NCBI GenBank assembly: GCA_028826165.1
Contig: JAPDFW010000093.1
Span: 220,622 to 284,621, forward strand
From: Anaeramoeba ignava BMAN
Taxonomy: Eukaryota; Protista; Anaeramoebae
DNA length: 64,000 bases
Direction of reading: 5' to 3'
The notes beneath the pieces are model-generated. The model did not search any database, was not told where the DNA came from, and saw only the letters and a list, made by a program, of their open reading frames with translations. Position numbers and translations under genes: made by a program. Position 1 is the first letter of the stretch. Every line of letters begins with the position of its first letter. Below are positions 28,064 through 41,214 of this stretch, piece after piece.

Positions 28064-31011
28064 ATGTCATTTGGATTATTCAATACAGCAGAAGAAATTC
28101 CAATTCCACTTACAGGAATACAAATCAAAGCAAAAATCATTGATTTTGTTGGAGAAGTTGAAATTACACAAAGATATCAAAATATCAACAATTATCCTTT
28201 AGAATGTGTTTATAAATTCCTTTTAGATCAATCAGTTGCTGTCAACTCATTCCAAGCTCAAATCGGAGATAGATACATTCAGGGAGTAGTCAAAAAAAAC
28301 GAGAAGGCAAACGAAGAATACAACGATGCTATTGCCCAAGGCGAAACAGCAATGCTACTTTCGGAGAAAAAAGGAAAATTTGAAGTTTCGATTGGAAATT
28401 TTCCTTCTGGAACTGAAATTTATATTCAAATTAAATACGTTGTTGAACTTGAACCAAATTTGAATGGAGATGTTGTTTTTAAAATTCCCCACCAAATCGC
28501 TCCTCTTTTCCATTTGCGCGATCCACAATTTTCTTCTGATCATGTTCATGATTCCATCCAAAAAGTCTCAAACGGAATTTCAATTGATGTTCTTGTTTTT
28601 AAAGAACAAAATTTGGCGGAAATTGAATCAAATTCACTAGAAATTATCACTTCGGATTTTTCAAACGAATACAAATTAATCCAATTGAAAAATGAGTGCA
28701 TGAAACTTGAAAAAGATTTTGAATTAGTAATCAAAAGGAAAAATCCATCTTTTCCGAGAATTTGGATTGAAAAGGAAAACGAGGCTCAAATCGAGAAAGA
28801 TCAAGAAGACGCGATCATGATTTCTTTATATCCAATTATTCCACAGCAAAACTTCAAGGAAATTTCCGAAATTATTTTTGTTGTTGATCAAAGTGGTTCA
28901 ATGAGTGGTGATCGTATTGAATACACAAAGCTTTGTCTTCTCAAAGCAATGGAAAAATTGCCAAAATCTTGTTTCGTCAACATCGTTTCTTTCGGTTCAA
29001 CTTACTCTGCTTTGTTTGAAAAAAGTGTTCTTAATAATGATGCTAACAATAAAACAATTGTTGATTACATTCAAAAAATATCAGCTAATTTTGGTGGTAC
29101 TCAACTTTATTCTCCCCTTCGCTTTCTATTAGAACTAGAAAAAATCCCTCGTGTTCCAAGACAATTATTTATACTAACTGATGGAGAAATTCATGATACG
29201 CAAGAAGTACTTAATTTAGTTAAGAGGAATTCAGATTTTACTCGTTGTTTCACGTAAATTTTTTATTCCAAAAATTTTAAAATTTAAAAATTTAATTGTG
29301 TGTTTTTTGATTTTGATTTAGATTGTAAAATTTTATTTTTTAATTTTAATATTTAATCCAAAATTTCTTAATTGTTCCATTTTTTTTGTTGTTTTTTTTG
29401 GATTTATTTTTAGTGGGTAATTTTTCTTTACTTCTCATTTTCTAAATTATTTTGTAAATCTTAATCTTAATTTTCCAAAAATAAAAATTTTGTTTATTTA
29501 TTTATTTATTTATTAGAATTGGTCAAGATGCAAGTTATGATTTAGTATCAGGAATTGCACAATCAACTGGAGGAAAATCAGTATTTGTTGATTCAAGCAA
29601 CATATCACAACAAGTAATTCAGCAAATTTCAAGAGCTTTGCAACCAGCTTTAACTAAAATTCAATTATCATGGGGAGTTTTTGAAAATCATGTCAAACAA
29701 TCACCATCTAAATTAACCCCATTTTTCAACAAAGAAAGATATATTGTCTATGGGTTCATCAAAAGAAATATCCTCGATTCAATTCTGAACAAGCAAACAC
29801 AGTCTGCTCAACTTGAACAAAAAGAACCAAGTTATGGATTGAAAATCATCGCAGATCTTCCTGATGGAAATCCTTTGACAATCGAATTAGATTTCCAAAA
29901 CTCAATTTCTTTAGAAAATTCAAGAGTTATTAAAACAATGGCAGCCAAAAGATTGATTCATGATCTCGAAGTTGATAATTTTGATTCAATTGAAAATGTT
30001 CAAACCGAAATTGAGTCACTTTCTTTGAAATATCAAATCACAAGTCAATTCACAAGTTTTATTGCTGTTGATCAAAATTCCGAGCAATCTCACGAAACTG
30101 AAGAAATGAGATATCAAAATTTCTCGTATCAATCATCAGTTGACACAAGTTGTCTTCTTCTTCTTGATGTGACACCACTTACTCAATCAGTTGACACTCA
30201 ATTTGGTTTTTCCAAGTCAATTATTTCCCGAAACACGACAATTCCTACTAGAAAAGCAGTTACTTTTCAAACATGTTTTGATAATCAACCGTTTATCAAA
30301 TTTGGTCTTTTTGAAGGAGAACGAAATTTCTCAGCAGATAATTCACTTTTGAAAGAATTTACTATTCCAAGAACTAAACCTGAATCACAATCCAATATTT
30401 TTGATATCGCACTTGATTTAGATGCTAATTCAATTTTGCACGTGACTTTTGTTGATAAAGCAAATAACCAAGTTTTCAAACAAACTATTCCTAATCCACC
30501 TCGTTTGACTCAAGAACAAATCACTAAAATGGTCGAAGATGCTTACAAATTTGATCCCAATTCAATTCCTGATCCCAAAAAGGATTCTGAACCACAAATA
30601 CAACCAGATTTTATTTTGAATAATATTCAAGATCTTATTGATGATCCCAAGTTGATTTTGTTTGATGAAAACAATCAAGATTTGAAATCAAAAATTCAAG
30701 AAGAAATCAAATTAATTCGCAATGATATTTCTTCAAATGAACGAATAAAACGAATGAAAAGAAAGGAAGTTGAAGCCAAATTTGAAAAACTATTTGAACT
30801 TCTTAAGCCTATCATTTCCAAATTATATTCAATAGTGGTTTCATCAAAGGATCAAGAAGAAGTTAATCATATACTCAGTTATACATTTTTATTTTCGATT
30901 AAACCTTTATTTGATGAAACACAAAAACAAACACAAACAACTACGATTTATAATTATATGGGGAATCAAAATACAAATTATTCATTTCCTTCTATTGATG
31001 AAGTTGATTAA
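28064..31011 (+). CDS. VIT + vWA (vWA5A-like) protein fused to an Hsp70 linker/substrate-binding domain; exons 28064-29253, 29322-29324, 29414-29416, 29517-31011
   Basis: VIT 'EVEITQRYQN...LECVYKFLLD...GVVKKNEKANEEYNDAIAQG'. vWA MIDAS 'FVVDQSGSMSG...GGT...FILTDG'. Hsp70 'LLLLDVTPL...IISRNTTIPTRK...DNQP...FEGER...LDANSILHV...RLTQEQITKMVEDA'. Ends PSIDEVD. Confidence 0.88.
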
Positions 31012-31136
31012 ATTAAAACAATCAAAAATTTTCATAAACAAGAAATCTAAATAGAATTCAAAAACAATAAAAAATTATCAAAAAAACAAACTTTTTTTTT
31101 TCCTTTTTTTTTTTTCATTTTTTTCTATCTTTTTAA

Positions 31137-33120
31137 ATGAGTCAATCTCAAAATTCACAAGAAAAACAAAATGAAAATTTAAACAAATCACAAACACAAG
31201 AGAAAACGAAACAAGAAGAAACTAAAAAAGAATCAAATCAAAGTAAACTTTTTCCAAACAATAAAAAATAAAAATAAATAAAAAAAAAAATCAATTTAAA
31301 AAAAAAAACAGATCAAAATATCAATCAGGAAACAATCCAAACACGAACCAAGGAAAAAGAAACGAAGCACATTGATGAGACGGAATTTTCACACGAGGAT
31401 TCACTGTCGGAATATAAATCACAAGGAGATGAATCACCAGTACATTACAACGAAAAAAAGAATGAGAATTTTCCAGTTGAAGAAAAGACATATATCCCAC
31501 CGCATTACGAAACACGGAAGAGAGGACTATCACCGAATCGTTCACCGCCACGAATACGGACTCAAACGAACGAGATGAGTTACGCACGTGGGAAAACATA
31601 CGGAGAATCTGAAGCACATTTGCGAACCAATCAAGAACGAGATTTAAAAACTGAGACACGAAGCTTTTCGGGAGAGAAACAACAAATGCGCTCTCAAATG
31701 CCAAGCCATGTTTCTGGGGGTTATGGCGATCACGGCTATGAGGGACGACATAGTAATCGATCGCATTCTAGATCACGCTCTAGATCGCGGTCGCCCTATT
31801 CTCATCGACGTCATCGCACTGAAAGATATTCAAGAGATCGTGGATATTATTCTTATTCACGCACAAAGACATATAGTCGTCCTCATTATGAAAAAAAAAA
31901 GTATTATCAACAAAGTCATCATCGAGAACCTGCTCATGAATCCCCACCTTCTAATATTGTTGGTGTCTTTGGTTTGCCTCGTGATGTAGAGACAAGAGAT
32001 CTTAGTGAAATGTTTTCTAATTATGGTGATATTGAACGCATTCATATTGTCAAGGATAAAAAATATGGTGTTTCAAAAGGTTTTGCTTTTGTTTATTTTG
32101 TTAGAATTGAAGATGCTATTCAGGCTAAGAATAATTGCTCAGGAAAATCTATTCGTGGCAGAGTAATTAGAACAGATTTTTCTATGACACAAGGTCCTCG
32201 TGAAACAACACAAACACCATATTATATGGGAATGACGTAGGAATATTAATAAAACTCATTTATTTATAAAACTTATTTATTTATAAAATTCATTTATAAA
32301 ATTCATTTATAATTAAAATTCATTAAAATTCATTTATAATTAAAATTAAAATTAAAATTAAAATTCATTTATAAATTAAAATTAAAATTAAAATTAAAAT
32401 TTATTTATATTTAAAATTTATTTATATTTAAAATTAAATTTAAAATTAAAATTAAAATTAAAATTTAAAAATTAAAATTCATTTATAAATTAAAATTAAA
32501 ATTAAAATTAAAATTCATTTATAATTAAAATTAAAATTAAAATTAAAATTCATTTATAAAATTAAAATTATAATTAAAATTAAAATTCATTTATAATTAA
32601 AATTAAAATTCATTTAAAATTAAAATTAAAATTTATTTATAAAATTAAAATTAAAATTAAAATTAAAATTCATTTATAATTAAAATTAATTAAAATTAAA
32701 ATTCATTTATAAAATTAAAATTAAAATTAAAATTGAAATTGAAATTAAAATTCATTTAAAATTAAAATTAAAATTAAAATTAAAATTAAAATTAAAATTA
32801 AAATTAAAATTAAAATTAAAATTAAAATTAAAATTAAAATTAAAATTAAAATTATAATTAAAATTAAAATTCATTTATAATTAAAATTAAAATTCATTTA
32901 TAAAATTGAAATTATAATTAAAATTGAAATTAAAATTAAAATTCATTTATAAAATTAAAATTAAAATAGGAAATCAAATGATCGTTTTTCAATGATGTTT
33001 CCAAATCCTTATTTTTATTCTCCTTATCCTCCTTCAATGGATCGTTTTCGTTATCCTCCTCGTAACTACAGAGTAGAGCCCTTTTATCAATCAGATCCTT
33101 ATTATACACATCGAAAATAA
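31137..33120 (+). CDS. TRA2: Transformer-2-like SR/RRM splicing regulator (introns 31243-31311, 32237-32969)
   Basis: RS tract 'SRSRSRSRSP'. RRM 'NIVGVFGL...SKGFAFVYF', followed by the Tra2-type linker 'TDFSMTQGPRETTQTPYYMG'. Final exon ends TAA at 33120. Confidence 0.8.
32250..32965. repeat. Intronic (AAAATT)n microsatellite with CATTTAT interruptions (same type in the RPL37 intron, 40210-40985)
   Basis: Directly visible. Confidence 0.85.
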
Positions 33121-33609
33121 TTTTTACTTTTATTAAAATTTATAATTTAAATTCAAATTCAAATTATATAATTTTTATCTTCCTTATTTCTTCAAATCAA
33201 TCTATATTTTGAAGCTTTATTTGATTAATAATTCTCTTCTTGATCTTAATTACAAATTTATTCATTTATTTTTCATTTTTTTTCTTCAAAAATATTTTTC
33301 ATTTAAAAAAGATCTTTATTCTTTCAACTTATTTTGAATTGAAAAAGAAATTAATTCCAAACAATTTTTCAAAAGAATATTTTTACAATTTGAAGAAAAA
33401 GAAAAAGAAAAAGAAAAAGAAAAAAAGAAATTAGAATTTGAATTTAGAAAAAAAAAAATATTTTTCAATGAAATTACAAAGTAAAATAAATTTAGAATTT
33501 TAATGAAATTCAAGAAATTGAAATTGAAAAAGAAAAAGAAAAACCAGAACAAAGAAAAAATAATGAAATAATTGAGAGAAAAAAAGAATTTTGAAAAAAG
33601 AATCTAAAA

Positions 33610-33893
33610 AAAAAAGGAATTTTAATGAATTTTATTTTAAGAAAAAAGTGGAATCATTTTTGAAAAAAGGAATTTTAATGAATTTTTAATGAATTTAAAG
33701 GAATTTTAATGAATTTTATTTTAAGAAAAAAGTGGAATCATTTTTGAAAAAAGGAATTTTAATGAATTTTTAATGAATTTTGTTTTAAGAAAAAAGTGGA
33801 ATCATTTTTGAAAAAAGGAATTTTAATGAATTTTTAATGAATTTTTAATGAATTTTGTTTTAAGAAAAAAGTGGAATCATTTTTGAAAAAAGA
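33610..33893. repeat. Four-copy 65-84 bp minisatellite (…TTTTAAGAAAAAAGTGGAATCATTTTTGAAAAAAG…)
   Basis: GTGGAATC at ~33648, 33732, 33797 and 33871. Confidence 0.8.
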
Positions 33894-34036
33894 AATCGAA
33901 TCGGAATTGAATTTAAATTTAAATTGATGTTGTATATTTATTTTTTTATTAAAAAAATTTTTTTTTCATTTTTTTCATTTTTTTCATTTTTCATTTTTCA
34001 TTTTTCATTTTTTGTGTTTTTTATTTTATTAAATAA

Positions 34037-36103
34037 ATGAATTTTTTCTCATTAAGTGATTTTAATCCCAGTTTAGAAACAAATTCTCCACAACGTCCAA
34101 CAACAAGTAAATTCTCAGAATGAAAAAAGATTTAAAATTATTATTTTTAAATTAAATTATTTTTAAATTAAATTATTTTTAAATTATTTTTAATTGTCAA
34201 AATAAAGATAAACAAAGAACGCCTCAACATGGAATTCCTAAAAAACAAACAAATAGAAACAAGAGAGAGGTATTTGTAGGGCATCTCTCATCAGATGTTA
34301 CTGAGGATGATCTCTATGAATTATTCCAATCGGCAGGTTCAATTCTTCGGGTTCGAATATTAAAAAACAAAAACGGAGAATCAAAAAGATGCGGATTTGT
34401 CGAATTTACAAATACTGACTCAGCAGAAAATGCGATCCAAATGTTCCATAAGAAAGTCTTTCTTCGCGACACAAGCCGACCAATTTTTGTGGAATATTCT
34501 CATCCAGATCCAAAAGAAGCAAAGGAAAAAGAGCTGGCAAATAAAAGTCGAAAATTTTCGGATTCTGAACCTGTCGTTTTATATCTCGCAAATTTGCCCA
34601 ACGGCGTTCAGAAAAGCGAAATAGAAAGCTTGTTTTCGGCGTACGGAAAAATCATCGGTGTTGATCTTCATGGAAATCAACCGCATATTAACACAAAAAA
34701 CGTTTATGCATTTGTCAGAATGGAATCAAGAAGAGCGGCCCAAAATGCGATCAAACAATTGGATCAATCAAAACCTTTCCAGGACATGATCCTGCCTATG
34801 GTCGTGCGCATGCGGGAAACCATTGCCGAACGCGAGACGAGGATGTCCACAAAAACCAACGGCGATTCTTCTGGAAAATCCCATAAATCACGCGATCAAG
34901 AATTTTCCGAATTCGAAAAAAGACAACAAGAAATGTTTTTGAGTTCTGGAAATCCGCTATCAAAAATATCTCCAAACGCGCTTGCAGGTCTTGCGCCCTT
35001 ATCCTATTCAGGACTTTCCTCCAACGAATTCGGTACAAATGATTCTTTATTGAAGGCACTTCAATCATCCGTTTATTCCCCCTTTTCACAACTGCTATTG
35101 CCCCAAAATCCATTTGCACAAACAGACCCCACTCAGCAATTACTTCTTGCACAGCTCTCACAACTCCATTCCATTGACCCTCTCCAACAGCTGAGGTCTC
35201 CTCTCTCCCAATCTTCTGATACAATGAAATTGCTCCAACTCCTCTCTTCTAATGAAAACTTCAACTCAGCTCTTGCCCCATTCCTTTCAGACCAATCCTC
35301 TTTATTAGAGTCCTTAACATCTCTCAATTCTAACCCCTTTTTATCCCCTTCTCTTTCCTCAGACTCAAAAAAATCTTCTTATCAAAATTCTTCCAAAAAA
35401 TTTTCAGATCGCCAAAAAAATCAAAAACGTAAAAAGGACTTCGATTATAGTGATGATGATAACGAAGACCCAAAATTTCTTGATAACAAACCCCAATCCA
35501 AGAAAATCCACAGATTCAAGAAATTCCCATTATAATGAGTTCGAAAACAAAGAATTTGCTCAATCTCCTTTAGATCAAGATTACGCTTTTGAAAATGAAA
35601 ATATTCCTGAGCAAAACGATCCTTTTTTGAATGAAAATCATTCACCAAAAATTCCCAGACATAATTCCAAATCACAATCCAAGCAATCTACAAGCCCACA
35701 TTTAAATCACAATCCAAATCACAATCCAAAATCCAAATCAAAATCCAAATCAAAATTAAAATCAAAATCAAATTTATCTCAAGAATCAAAAAATCATCCA
35801 AATCAAAATACACTAACTGAATCTGAGCAGATCGAAAAAGAGCCTGATTCAAATATTTTTGTTCATGGACTTCCGTTAAATTTCACAGACTCAGATTTGG
35901 CAATTCTCTTCTCAATTTTTAGAATTACAAATGCATATATTTTTCCTGATAAATCAAATTCAAAAACAACTTGCAGTGGAATTGTTTCTTTCGCAAATCA
36001 AGATGAAGCTTCAAAAGCAATTAAGGATATGAATGGCATTTTAATCAATAACCAAAGACTTAGACTTTTACCGACTCTTTCTGATCAATTCTTTCTGCTT
36101 TAA
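34037..36103 (+). CDS. CELF/Bruno-like RNA-binding protein, RRM1-RRM2-linker-RRM3 (intron 34107-34207; one frameshift at ~35500)
   Basis: RRM1 'EVFVGHLSSDVTEDDL...SKRCGFVEF'. RRM2 'YAFVRMESRRAAQNAIKQLDQSKPFQDMILPMVVR' has a CELF-type tail. Q/L/S-rich linker. RRM3 'PDSNIFVHGLPLNFTDSDL'. Confidence 0.72.
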
Positions 36104-36802
36104 TCCATTTTTTCAAGATCACTTATATTTTTTTTTCATTCATTTACAAAAAAAAAATCACAAAATTTAACTTAATTTAATTTAATTTAATTCAATATAA
36201 TTTAATTTAATCTAATTCAAAAAATATTATCCAAAAAATATTATTCAAAAAATTATTTTAAAAATAATTCAAAATATTATTCAAGAACAATTCGGTTTGA
36301 TTTCATTTTTTTTCTTTTCTTACCAAAAAAACCCCTTTTTCCCCCTTTTTTCTTTTTCCTTTTTTCTTTTTTCTTTTCCTTTTATTTTTTCTTTTTCTTT
36401 TTTCTTTTTCTTTTTACTTTTAATTTTTGTTTTACTTCCCCCTAATTTTTTTTCTTTGATAAAAATGGATTTTTTTTCCTTTCGAAATTAATTTTTTATT
36501 CCACTTTTTTTTTTTAAAACAAAACAAAAAAAAAAACAAAACACAAAAATATACTTTTTTGATCAATTTTTTTATTCCATTTTTTTTTCCATTATCGTTT
36601 TTAAAAGAATAAAGAAATTTATAATTTAAGAAAACAAAAGAAATCTTTTGTAAATTTATAATTAGATTTTTTGAAAAAAGGAAAAAGGAAAAAAGGAAAA
36701 GGAAAATTAGATTTTTTCTTAGTTTAATTTTATAATTTATTTATAAATAAAATTCCAAATAAAATTTTCATTTTTTTCATTTTTATTTTTTTAAAAAAAC
36801 AA

Positions 36803-37930
36803 ATGGAAAAGCAACAAGAAAAAAATAAAATTATAATTGATATTGGGTCTGAATTTGTAAAAGCAGGATTTTCAGGAGAAGAAAAACCAGAATTCTTTTT
36901 TCAATCCAAAATTGGAAAAATTGAAACAAACTCTATTATGGATGAATTAAATTCGAAAAAATTTTTCAAAAATAATTTAATTGAAAACAAAGAAGAAAAT
37001 ATAATTTGGGAAAATGTTGTTGAACGAGGACATGTTATAAATTGGGATAATTGGGAACAAATGATATCATATATTTTCTATTCTGAATTTAAAGTGGATC
37101 CTTTAGAATATCCAGTTCTAGTTCCTGAAACAATGCTTGGAACACGAAATTTTCGAGAAAAATCATCACAGATCTTGTTTGAAACATTCAACGTTCCAAA
37201 AATGTCAATTATGATTCAATCGGTTCTTTCCTTAATTTCTTATCAAAAAACAACTGGTTTTGTAATTGAAATTGGAGGAGGTGTTACTTATGCCGTTCCA
37301 ATTTATGAAAATTATGTTTTGCCTCATGCTGTTTTGAGATTGGATATTGCAGGTTATGATTTAACAAGAAATTTACGCGATATTTTGATCAAAGATGGAA
37401 AAATTGAATCCAATGAGATCACTTTTGAAGAAGCTAGAAATATCAAAGAAAAATTTTGTTATGTTTCTTTTGATCCTCAAGAAGATCTTCAAGCTTTAAA
37501 TCAACCAAATTCTTTTTCTCGAGATATAACGTTAGATAACGGAAGAACTTTCTCAATTGATCAGCAAAGATTTCTTTCTGTTGAGCCTCTGTTTGATCCT
37601 TCTTTGATTGGAATGAATTCTGTTGGTCTTTCTCATTTATGTTCCAATTCAATCCTTAAATGTGATCAAGAAATCCAAAAAGATCTTTTTAAAAATATTG
37701 TTTTGGCTGGTGGTTCATCTGTTTTGGATGGAGTTGAAACAAGATTGATTAAAGATTTAACTTTTCTTCATTCTGATCAAGAAATTAAAATCTTTTCAAA
37801 TCCTCAAAGAGATTTTTCTTGTTGGATTGGTGGTTCTATTTTTTGTTCTCTTCCAAATACTGATTTTTATTGGGCAACTGAAGAAGAATATCAAGAATCT
37901 GGTCCAAGTCTTCTAATGAGAAAGATTTAA
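36803..37930 (+). CDS. Divergent actin-related protein (intronless, 375 aa)
   Basis: 'IIIDIGSEFVKAGFSGE', 'VERGHVINWDNWE', 'ILFETFNVP', 'VPIYENYVLPHAVLRLDIAG', 'WIGGSI', 'EEYQESGPSLLMRKI'. Confidence 0.9.
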   Translation: MEKQQEKNKIIIDIGSEFVKAGFSGEEKPEFFFQSKIGKIETNSIMDELNSKKFFKNNLIENKEENIIWENVVERGHVINWDNWEQMISYIFYSEFKVDPLEYPVLVPETMLGTRNFREKSSQILFETFNVPKMSIMIQSVLSLISYQKTTGFVIEIGGGVTYAVPIYENYVLPHAVLRLDIAGYDLTRNLRDILIKDGKIESNEITFEEARNIKEKFCYVSFDPQEDLQALNQPNSFSRDITLDNGRTFSIDQQRFLSVEPLFDPSLIGMNSVGLSHLCSNSILKCDQEIQKDLFKNIVLAGGSSVLDGVETRLIKDLTFLHSDQEIKIFSNPQRDFSCWIGGSIFCSLPNTDFYWATEEEYQESGPSLLMRKI

Positions 37931-37964
37931 AAAATTTTAAAAAAAATAATCACAAATTTATTTC

Positions 37965-39783
37965 AGAAAATTAAATAATAATAAATTAATATTAAATTTA
38001 AATAAAAATATTAAGATTAAGTTGATAATTTCTTAATTAAATATTTATAAAAAAATATATTAATTTATTCCTCAATTAAATATTTAGAAAATTAAATAAT
38101 AATGAATTAGTATTAAATTTAAAATTAATTTTAAAATTAAAATTTAAATAAAAATATTAAGATTAAGTTAATAATTTCTTAATTAAATATTTATAAAAAA
38201 ATATATTAATTTATTCCTTAATTAAATATTTAAAAAATTAAATAATAATAAATTAATATTAAATTTAAAATTAAATTTAAAATTAAAATTTAAATAAAAA
38301 TATTAAGATTAAATTGGTAATTTATTAATTAAATATTTATAAAAAAATATATTAATTTATTCCTTATTTTTAAATATTTAAAAATTAAATAATATTAAAT
38401 TAATATTAAATTTAAATTAAATTTAAAATTAAAATTTAAATAAAAATATTGGGATTAAATTAATAATTTCTTAATTAAATATTTATAAAAAAATATATTA
38501 ATTTATTCCTTAATTTTATATTTAAAAAATTAAATAATAATAAATTAATATTAAATTTAAAATTAATTCCAAAATTAAAATTTAAATAAAAATATTAAGA
38601 TTAAATTAATAATTTCTTAATTAAATATTTATAAAAATATATTAATTTATTCCTCAATTTTATATTTAAAAATTAAATAATAATAAATTAATATTAAATT
38701 TAAAATAATTTTAAAATTAAAATTTAAATAAAAATATTGGGATTAAATTAATAATTTCTTAATTAAATATTTATAAAAAATGTATTAATTTATTCCTCAA
38801 TTAAATATTTAAAAATTAAATAATAATAAAAATTAATATTAAAATTTAAAATTAATTTCAAAATTAAAATTTAAATAAAAATATTGAGATTAAGTTGATA
38901 ATTTATTAATTAAATATTTATAAAAATATATTAATTTATTCCTTAATTAAATATTTAAAAATTAAATAATAATAAATTAATATTAAATTTAAAATTAATT
39001 TTTAAAATTAAAATTTAAATAAAAATATTAAGATTAAGTTAATAATTTCTTAATTAAATATTTATAAAAAAATATATTAATTTATTCCTCAATTAAATAT
39101 TTAAAAATTAAATAATAATGAATTAATATTAAATTTAAAATTAATTTTAAAATTAAAATTTAAATAAAAATATTGGGATTAAATTAATAATTTATTAATT
39201 AAATATTTATAAAAAAATATATTAATTTATTCCTCAATTTAAATATTTAAAAAAATTAAATAATAATAAATTAATATTAAATTTAAAATTAATTTTAAAA
39301 TTAAAATTTAAATAAAAATATTAAGATTAAATTAATAATTTCTTAATTAAATATTTATAAAAAATATATTAATTTATTCCTCAATTTTATATTTAAAAAA
39401 TTAAATAATAATAAATTAATATTAAATTTAAAAATAATTTTAAAATTAAAATTTAAATAAAAATATTAAGATTAAATTAATAATTTATTAATTAAATATT
39501 TATAAAAAAATATATTAATTTATTCCTCATTTTAAATATTTAAAAAATTAAATAATAATAAATTAATATTAAATTTAAAATTAATTCCAAAATTAAAATT
39601 TAAATAAAAATATTAAGATTAAATTGATAATTTATTAATTAAATACTTATAAAAAATATAATTAATTTATTCCTCAATTAAATATTTAAAAAATTAAATA
39701 ATAATAAATTAATATTAAATTTAAAATAATTTTAAAATTAAAATTTAAATAAAAATATTGAGATTAAGTTGATAATTTCTTAA
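37965..39783. repeat. AT-rich tandem array 3, ~12.5 copies, period 143-147 bp
   Basis: Marker TTATTCCT (first C) at 38070, 38216, 38362, 38508, 38652, 38795, 38941, 39087, 39232, 39379, 39525 and 39672. Confidence 0.92.
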
Positions 39784-39952
39784 GTAGAAAAAAAATAGAA
39801 ATTAAAGGAGAATTTTTATTTTTTTTTTCTCCTTTTTTTTTACATATTAATTTATATATATATAAATTTATATTAAATTAATTTATTAAATAATAAAAAA
39901 AATATTTTTTTTTTTTCATTTTTTTCTTTTCCTTCTTTTTAATTTAAATTAA

Positions 39953-41214
39953 ATGACAAAAGGTTTGAATTATAAAATATATAAAAAAAAAACAAATTTA
40001 AAAGAAATTCAAGAAAAAAAAATTTATTTTTTAATTTGAATAAATGAAAATGAATAGGAACAACATCACAAGGTAAAAGACATAAGAAATCTCATATTTT
40101 ATGCCGTAGATGTGGAAGAAGATCTTTCCATGTTCAAAAAGCAAGATGTTCTTCATGCGGTTTCCCAAGTGCTAAACTTAGAAAATGTATTTAATTTTTA
40201 ATTGATTAAAATTTAATATTAAAATTAAAATTAATTAAAATTCATTTATAAAATTAAAATTAAAATTAAAATTAATATTAAAATTAAAATTAAAATTAAA
40301 ATCAAAACTAATATTAATATTGAAATCAAAATTCATTTATAAAATTAAAATTCATTTATAAAATCAAAATCAAAATTAAAATTAATATTAAAATTAAAAT
40401 TAAAATTAAAATTAAAATTAAAATCAAAATTAAAATTAAAATTAAAATTAAAATTCATTTATAAAATTAAAATTAAATTTAAAATTAAAAATTAAAATTA
40501 AAATTAAAATTAATATTAAAATTAAAATTAATAAAATTAAAATTAAAATTAAAATTAAAATTAAAATTAAAATTAAAATTAAAATTAAAATTAAAATTAA
40601 AAATTAAAATTAAAATTAAAATTAAAATTAAAATTCATTTATAAAATTAAAATTAAAATTAAAATTAAAATTCATTTAAAATGAAAATTAAAATTAAAAT
40701 TAAAATTAAAATTAAAATTAAAATTAAAATTAAAATTAAAATTCATTTATAAAATTAAAATTAAAATTAAAACTCATTTTAAAATTAAAATTAAAATTAA
40801 ATTTAAAATTAAAATCAATATTAAAATTAAAATTAAAATTAAAATTAAAATTAAAATTAAAATTAAAATTTAAATTAAAATTAAAATTAAAATTAAAATT
40901 AAAATTAAAATTAAATTTAAAATTAAAATTAATATTAAAATTCATTTATAAAATTAAAATCAATATTAAAAATTAAAATTAAAAAGATAATTGGGCAGAA
41001 AAAGCTTTAAGAAGAAGAACAAGAGGAACAGGAAGGATGAGATATATGAAATCTCTTCCACAAAGAGCTAAACATCATTTCCGTCATGGTATATTATTTT
41101 TTTATTCAATAAATAATTTTAATTTATATTAATTTTATTATTAATATTAATATTATTATTATTATTATTAAAATAGGTGGAATTCCAATGAAAAAGAGAA
41201 TTGCAATCAAATAA
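39953..41214 (+). CDS. RPL37: 60S ribosomal protein L37 (eL37); introns 39963-40057, 40187-40986, 41089-41176
   Basis: Spliced product [68 protein letters not shown]... Absent from the ORF track. Confidence 0.96.
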
